Shown: piece by piece, positions 27,059-31,860 of the stretch | Layout: every line of letters starts with the position of its first letter | Numbering within the stretch: position 1 is the stretch's first letter | Virus record (IMG/VR): IMGVR_UViG_2778261226_000007 | DNA from: a virus | Taxonomy: Duplodnaviria > Heunggongvirae > Uroviricota > Caudoviricetes | Direction: 5' to 3' (one strand) | DNA: 31,860 bases | Notes under the pieces: model-generated | What the model saw: only the letters and a program-made list of their open reading frames with translations | The model's database searches: none | What the model was told of the DNA's origin: nothing | Translations under genes and position numbers: made by a program

Positions 27059-27259
27059 GTGAATAGTAATATCCATGACAATTTCGAAGGTATTTGTCTG
27101 GCATCGGATTCATTTGCAATAAACATTCATAGTCTGTTGTGCGCTGCGCAAGTTTTACAGATGTCAAATAATCAGAATGCAAAAACATTAGGTGATGAAA
27201 TCCTGTCTTTTGCATGTGAATATTCGAAAGCTGCAGTCAAAAAAGAATTAGCGCAATAA
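27059..27259 (+). CDS. Small protein paralogous to the N-terminal domain of the preceding HTH protein
   Basis: GTG start with an AAGGAG RBS 8 nt upstream. Alignable to the upstream product (EG..L.SFA.NI..LL.A......K.LG.E...F..EY). Confidence 0.5.
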   Translation: MNSNIHDNFEGICLASDSFAINIHSLLCAAQVLQMSNNQNAKTLGDEILSFACEYSKAAVKKELAQ

Positions 27260-27455
27260 CAATAAATATTCACTGAATGTTTATTACGGTTTTATCGCCG
27301 GGGATTGTTGCAACCTTTATTCGCAGGAGATTATGTTATGACTTTCCTGAAACATAAGGCATCGTATAAAACTGCCTGCCTCATTGCACAACATGGAGAT
27401 TCTTATCTTCATATAGCCAACCTGTATTTGCGCAAAGCATATGGGAGATAAATAA

Positions 27456-27644
27456 ATGAAAGAAAAACAACAAAACATAACACATAAAAAAGTAAGAGTG
27501 TTGCTAACCATTGAAAATGGTGAAGTAATTTACTCAAAACATCTGTTGGATAATGAATTCGTTGGCTGCATGGATACATTTCTGTGGATGGCAAAAAGAG
27601 CTGGCTACACGATTATTCCACCAGCAAAGGAGCAAACATTATGA
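27456..27644 (+). CDS. Hypothetical small protein (62 aa)
   Basis: GGGAG RBS; stop overlaps the next gene's start (ATGA). Confidence 0.45.
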   Translation: MKEKQQNITHKKVRVLLTIENGEVIYSKHLLDNEFVGCMDTFLWMAKRAGYTIIPPAKEQTL

Positions 27645-28222
27645 ATCATTCAGATTTCCGACCAGAAGTTACGCCACATGGCATAAAAATTGGCAATACA
27701 ACCATTAATTTTGTTGATGCCGTACAGCGACTTAATGATGGTGAATACGACAATCCATACTGGCACGGCTTAAGAATCATGCAATGTATTGCTGAAGCCG
27801 ATGATGCAGGGTTGCTGGGACGATTTTCAGTCGATATGAAGGTTGCTCAGTGGCGATGGCTGTATGTGACTACGTTTATAAATGAAGAGAAAGACAAGAA
27901 CGGTACCGTTGATATCCCTAACGATAACGGAACTACAGATCACGCGGTTATTTACAAGGGCAAACATGGTTGCCTGAGTATCTACCCCGGACCACTTCGT
28001 ATTGCCCTGCAAAACCACGTCGAATGGGGATTTATTGAAAAATATGGCGAAGCTGAAGGCATGGGGCGAGTTCTGTTTCTCTATCAAAAAATGCTCATCG
28101 CAGATCCTGATAATGGTTTCATTATTTCTGCTATGGGGCGCGAAGGGCTTGAACTCCTTCTGGATGAAATGATGAACGACCTGAATACTCATGGTATGCC
28201 AGAAGCGCCAGTGACACATTAA
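27641..28222 (+). CDS. Hypothetical protein (193 aa), no recognisable motif
   Basis: AAGGAG RBS; start taken at MNHSDF; translationally coupled to the upstream 62-aa ORF. Confidence 0.55.
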   Translation: MNHSDFRPEVTPHGIKIGNTTINFVDAVQRLNDGEYDNPYWHGLRIMQCIAEADDAGLLGRFSVDMKVAQWRWLYVTTFINEEKDKNGTVDIPNDNGTTDHAVIYKGKHGCLSIYPGPLRIALQNHVEWGFIEKYGEAEGMGRVLFLYQKMLIADPDNGFIISAMGREGLELLLDEMMNDLNTHGMPEAPVTH

Positions 28223-28398
28223 ATATTAAGAAGAATATAATTCTTCCATCTTTTACCAACCGTTTATATGAAAAGCAACCGTGAATTAAACAGAGTAAAA
28301 CTGATTTTAATCCTTGCCACAGTACTGACACTAACTGAAATCATTATTCTCTTTATTGCGCTGTCAGTCGGTTAAAAATATCGGGATACCACAGACCA

Positions 28399-28587
28399 AT
28401 GAGACTGTATTTCACAATAGTAATTTTACTGGCAATTATCGCATGCATTTACGGATTACTCGTTCCGTTCCTTATATCCATGAAGGATACGATAGCAGTT
28501 ATTTCTGGCTTTGCACTGGCGTTTCTGACCCCGCCCTGCATTTATGCCATTTACAAGGGTCTTTCTTTCACTAAGGATAAAAGATGA
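28399..28587 (+). CDS. Small membrane protein (two predicted TM helices)
   Basis: Hydrophobic 62-aa ORF whose stop overlaps the SPFH gene start (ATGA). Confidence 0.5.
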   Translation: MRLYFTIVILLAIIACIYGLLVPFLISMKDTIAVISGFALAFLTPPCIYAIYKGLSFTKDKR

Positions 28588-29411
28588 AAAAAATTATTTT
28601 TGCTTTAGCCATTGTTCTGCCGACTATTGGCCTTGTCGGTTGCGATCGCGTTGAACCAGGTAATGTTGGCATCAAGGTAAATAAACTGGGCGACGACAAA
28701 GGCGTCGGTGAGGTGGTCGGTGTTGGTCGCTACTGGACTGGCTGGAATACTGAAGTTTATATCTTCCCCACCTTCAAACAAATGAAGACCTACGATGAAC
28801 CGTTCAGTTTCCAGATGAGTGACGGTACAACCATCGGCTATCACATTGGCGTGGCCTACAAAGTTGATCCATCCAAAGTTACCACGGTGTTTCAGACCTA
28901 CCGCAAAGGCGTGGATGACATTACCGACACTGACCTGCGCCAGAAGATCGCCGACGCACTCAACCGACTGGCCAGCAAAATGACCACTGACAAATTTATC
29001 GACGGCGGCAAGTCTGAGCTGCTGGATGAAGCTCTTAAAGACATTCAGGCAGAGATGACACCTATCGGTATTCAGGTAATGAGCCTCTCATATGTGGGTA
29101 AGCCGGAGTACCCGCCAACCGTTATCGACAGCATTAATGCCAAAGTCACGGCAAACCAGAAAACCCTGCAGCGCGAGCAGGAAGTCAAGCAACGTGAAGC
29201 GGAGGCCAACATGCTACGTGCGGAAGCTGCCGGACAGGCTGATGCCATTCGAACAAAAGCCCAGGCAGAAGCCGATGCCATTCGTTTACGCGGCGAAGCT
29301 CTACGCCAGAACCCAGGCGTCATGGAGCTGGAAGCCATCAACAAGTGGAACGGTACACTGCCGCAATACATGACCAGTGGTGCCAATACACCATTTATCC
29401 AGATTAAATAA
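28584..29411 (+). CDS. SPFH/band-7 domain lipoprotein
   Basis: Signal peptide with lipobox (LPTIGLVGC); SPFH-like core; C-terminal Ala/Glu/Gln-rich coiled coil (REQEVKQREAEANMLRAEAAGQADAIRTKAQAEADAIRLRGEA). Confidence 0.8.
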   Translation: MKKIIFALAIVLPTIGLVGCDRVEPGNVGIKVNKLGDDKGVGEVVGVGRYWTGWNTEVYIFPTFKQMKTYDEPFSFQMSDGTTIGYHIGVAYKVDPSKVTTVFQTYRKGVDDITDTDLRQKIADALNRLASKMTTDKFIDGGKSELLDEALKDIQAEMTPIGIQVMSLSYVGKPEYPPTVIDSINAKVTANQKTLQREQEVKQREAEANMLRAEAAGQADAIRTKAQAEADAIRLRGEALRQNPGVMELEAINKWNGTLPQYMTSGANTPFIQIK

Positions 29412-29450
29412 CTTATATGCCCGGCAGGCGCCGGGCTAAGGGAAATGCAG

Positions 29451-29822
29451 ATGAACACCCAGAATACTCAACCGCAAATAATGAACTATGACCCGAATCT
29501 GACGTCATGCGGACGCATGGCAAACCAAACCGTTCGATTAACTTTCGGACTATGGGAATACCGCGAAACATTCGAAGTTACTGTCGGCGGCAATCTGACC
29601 GGACTGGATGTTATCAGTTGCGCTATTGAAAGCCTGTACGCAACGCTGCCTTATGAAGAAGTCAAGGATGAGCGCACAGGGGAAACAGATATCATGGCCA
29701 CCATTAATATTGGCGAACTGATATGTCAGGATGAAGACCTGTCCGGAGAACTCTGGCTTGCCGGGATGCTTATCTCAGCAGAAATTATCAGTATTGAACC
29801 CGCTACAAACATACGGCTCTGA
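29451..29822 (+). CDS. Hypothetical protein
   Basis: AAGGGA RBS before the second ATG; no recognisable motif. Confidence 0.4.
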   Translation: MNTQNTQPQIMNYDPNLTSCGRMANQTVRLTFGLWEYRETFEVTVGGNLTGLDVISCAIESLYATLPYEEVKDERTGETDIMATINIGELICQDEDLSGELWLAGMLISAEIISIEPATNIRL

Positions 29823-29853
29823 AGTTCTCACTATTCAGAGAGCAGGAGAAAAA

Positions 29854-30096
29854 ATGTTTGCTTTGATTAATCAGGGACAACTGTATACCGACAGTGCCGG
29901 TTACCCGGTAAAAATTATTCGCTGCATAAATAACACCGTGTTGTACAGAAGAATGGATGGGCGAACACAATCGGTAAAAATGAACGATTTTAATGAATCG
30001 TTTGAACGGATCGATCACCAGGAATACCGACAAATTCTGGCAGAAACAGAGCAGGAAGCTCATCTGAAAAAATTACGAGCCATGAAAAGGAAGTAG
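29854..30096 (+). CDS. Hypothetical small protein
   Basis: Start taken at MFALINQ with a GGAG RBS. Confidence 0.4.
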   Translation: MFALINQGQLYTDSAGYPVKIIRCINNTVLYRRMDGRTQSVKMNDFNESFERIDHQEYRQILAETEQEAHLKKLRAMKRK

Positions 30097-30099
30097 CGA

Positions 30100-30246
30100 A
30101 TGAATAAAGCGTTTGAGCTATGGGTACGCCAGCGTTACGGCAATCGTTATGACCTGACGCGAGATGTTGACGGTTTCTACTGCCGTGAAGTTGTGAAACG
30201 AATGTTTGAAGTGTGGTGCCACTGCCGTGGGCTGAGTGTTGTGTGA
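30100..30246 (+). CDS. Hypothetical small protein (48 aa, below the ORF-track size cutoff)
   Basis: ATG at 30100, 3 nt after the previous stop; reads MNKAFELWVRQRYGNRYDLTRDVDGFYCREVVKRMFEVWCHCRGLSVV. Confidence 0.3.
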   Translation: MNKAFELWVRQRYGNRYDLTRDVDGFYCREVVKRMFEVWCHCRGLSVV

Positions 30247-30254
30247 GGTAATAC

Positions 30255-30491
30255 ATGGGCAATGTGATTCAACTGGCTCCCAATGAATGGGTTTGTGAAA
30301 GCGTTCTTATCGCAATTACCGGGCTCAAACCTGGCACAATTCTCCGAGCCCGGAAAGAATGCTGGATGGTAGGAAGAGAGTATATTCACGTATCGCCAGA
30401 CGGTAATCCAAAACCTTCCAGTGAATGTATGTATAACAGAAAAGCAATAGATGCCTGGGTCTCTTCAATGAAAAACAAACAACCTGGGTGA
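30255..30491 (+). CDS. Putative excisionase-like protein
   Basis: 78-aa protein immediately upstream of the integrase; resembles small excisionase-like proteins of E. coli cryptic prophages. Confidence 0.5.
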   Translation: MGNVIQLAPNEWVCESVLIAITGLKPGTILRARKECWMVGREYIHVSPDGNPKPSSECMYNRKAIDAWVSSMKNKQPG

Positions 30492-30546
30492 TTTAATACC
30501 ATGAAATATGTAAGCTCGTATCGCTCTTGGGCGTCTGGAGGTATCA

Positions 30547-31860
30547 ATGGATAAAGTCAAATATCCAACAGGCGTCGAAAACCACGGCGGCACATTACGC
30601 ATCTGGTTTAATTTTAAAGGTAAACGTGTCAGGGAAAATCTTGGTGTCCCTGACACTGTCAAGAACAGGAAGATCGCCGGAGAGCTGCGGACATCTGTAT
30701 GTTTTGCCATTCGTACAGGAAACTTTGATTATGCTGCGCAGTTCCCTGACTCTCCTAACCTCAAGGCTTTTGGGGTAAATAAAAAAGAAATTACGGTGAA
30801 AGAACTTGAAGAAAAGTGGCTGGATCTGAAACGCATGGAAATCTCTGCAAATGCATTCAATCGCTATAAATCCGTTGCAAGAACGATGGTTCCGAAAATT
30901 GGAGATAGCAGACTGGTGTCAACGGTGACCAAAGAGGAATTGCTGTATATCAGGAAAGATTTGCTGACCGGATACCAAAATCCAACAAAAGGTAAAGCTC
31001 GAGTAAAAGGACGAAGCGTTGTCACAGTAAATTATTACATGACGACAATCGCTGGAATGTTCCAGTTTGCTGCAGATCACGGTTACTTAGAAGCAAATCC
31101 CTTCGAGAGAATTAAGCCTCTTAAAAAAGCCAGGGCAGAGCCAGATCCGCTAACTCGTGACGAATTTATTCGCCTGATAGATGCTTGCCGGCATCAGCAG
31201 ACAAAAAACCTGTGGTCATTGGCTGTGTACACAGGAATGCGTCATGGTGAACTGGTCTCCCTGGCCTGGGAAGATATCGATCTGAAAGCAGGAACAATTA
31301 CTATCAGGCGCAATTATACGAAACTCGGTGAGTTCACTCTACCTAAAACTGAAGCAAGTACAAACAGGGTTGTGCATCTTATCCAGCCCGCTATCAGTGT
31401 CCTGAAAAATCAGGCTGAAATGACAAGACTGGGTAAGCAGCACCACATCAAGGTGCAACTACGTGAATATGGACGTTCAGTGAATCATGAATGTACTTTC
31501 GTATTTAACCCCCAGGTGGTTAGAAAAAGCAAACAGGTAGGTTTTATCTACAAGGTAGATTCCATTGGCGACTCATGGGAAACAGCCATTAAGCGTGCTG
31601 GCATCAGGTATCGAAAGGCATACCAGTCACGACACACTTATGCGTGCTGGTCATTATCTGCCGGAGCAAATCCAAGCTTCATTGCCAGCCAGATGGGCCA
31701 TGCAAGTGCCCAGATGGTGTTCAATGTATACGGAGCATGGATGACTGACAGCAATGCAGAACAGATCGCCATGCTGAATCAGAAGCTGGCAGATTATGTC
31801 CCAATGATGTCCCATAGTCACCAAAGTGACACAAGAGGTCTATTAAAATCAGTAAGTTAG
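30547..31860 (+). CDS. Tyrosine integrase (phage integrase family)
   Basis: 437 aa with the C-terminal catalytic region (SRHTYACWSL...HASAQMVFNVYGAWM; His, Arg and Tyr). Complete: the TAG stop occupies the last three bases of the window. Confidence 0.9.
   Translation: MDKVKYPTGVENHGGTLRIWFNFKGKRVRENLGVPDTVKNRKIAGELRTSVCFAIRTGNFDYAAQFPDSPNLKAFGVNKKEITVKELEEKWLDLKRMEISANAFNRYKSVARTMVPKIGDSRLVSTVTKEELLYIRKDLLTGYQNPTKGKARVKGRSVVTVNYYMTTIAGMFQFAADHGYLEANPFERIKPLKKARAEPDPLTRDEFIRLIDACRHQQTKNLWSLAVYTGMRHGELVSLAWEDIDLKAGTITIRRNYTKLGEFTLPKTEASTNRVVHLIQPAISVLKNQAEMTRLGKQHHIKVQLREYGRSVNHECTFVFNPQVVRKSKQVGFIYKVDSIGDSWETAIKRAGIRYRKAYQSRHTYACWSLSAGANPSFIASQMGHASAQMVFNVYGAWMTDSNAEQIAMLNQKLADYVPMMSHSHQSDTRGLLKSVS

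Noticed and set aside
1-31860. CRISPR arrays, tRNA/rRNA genes, IS elements or transposases
   Set aside because: I saw no spacer-repeat arrays, no tRNA-like cloverleaf candidates and no transposase-like ORFs; the tandem repeats at 21882-21905 are better explained as origin iterons.
31800-31860. Attachment site (att) next to the integrase
   Set aside because: The integrase stop is the last codon of the window, so any att core and host junction lie beyond it and cannot be assessed.

Overview
The window is most of an HK97-like lambdoid prophage of an enterobacterial host, read by eye from the sequence and the ORF track (no searches or computations were run). On the minus strand it runs from the immunity switch (cro, ~25.6 kb) through early genes (ORF6N/KilAC antirepressor-like, Lar-like, two Rha-family genes, replication initiator, DnaC-like loader, DnaB-like helicase, RusA, Q), a Q-to-lysis interval carrying an ORF6N gene and an AT-rich AraC-family regulator, a lysis cassette (two membrane proteins plus an M15 endolysin), and a full HK97-type head and lambda-like tail module ending in a partial gpL at the left edge. 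On the plus strand are a CI-type repressor with S24 peptidase motifs, a strong promoter, an AT-rich block of uncharacterised genes, an excisionase-like gene and a complete tyrosine integrase ending at the window's last base. The most interesting signal is a ~270-300 nt leader module present three times, each directly upstream of an antirepressor-family gene, with a sigma70-like promoter, a short terminated transcript and a tetraloop hairpin showing compensatory changes. The second is the uncharacterised gene block between cI and xis/int, including an HTH protein with a stand-alone paralog and a membrane peptide coupled to an SPFH lipoprotein.
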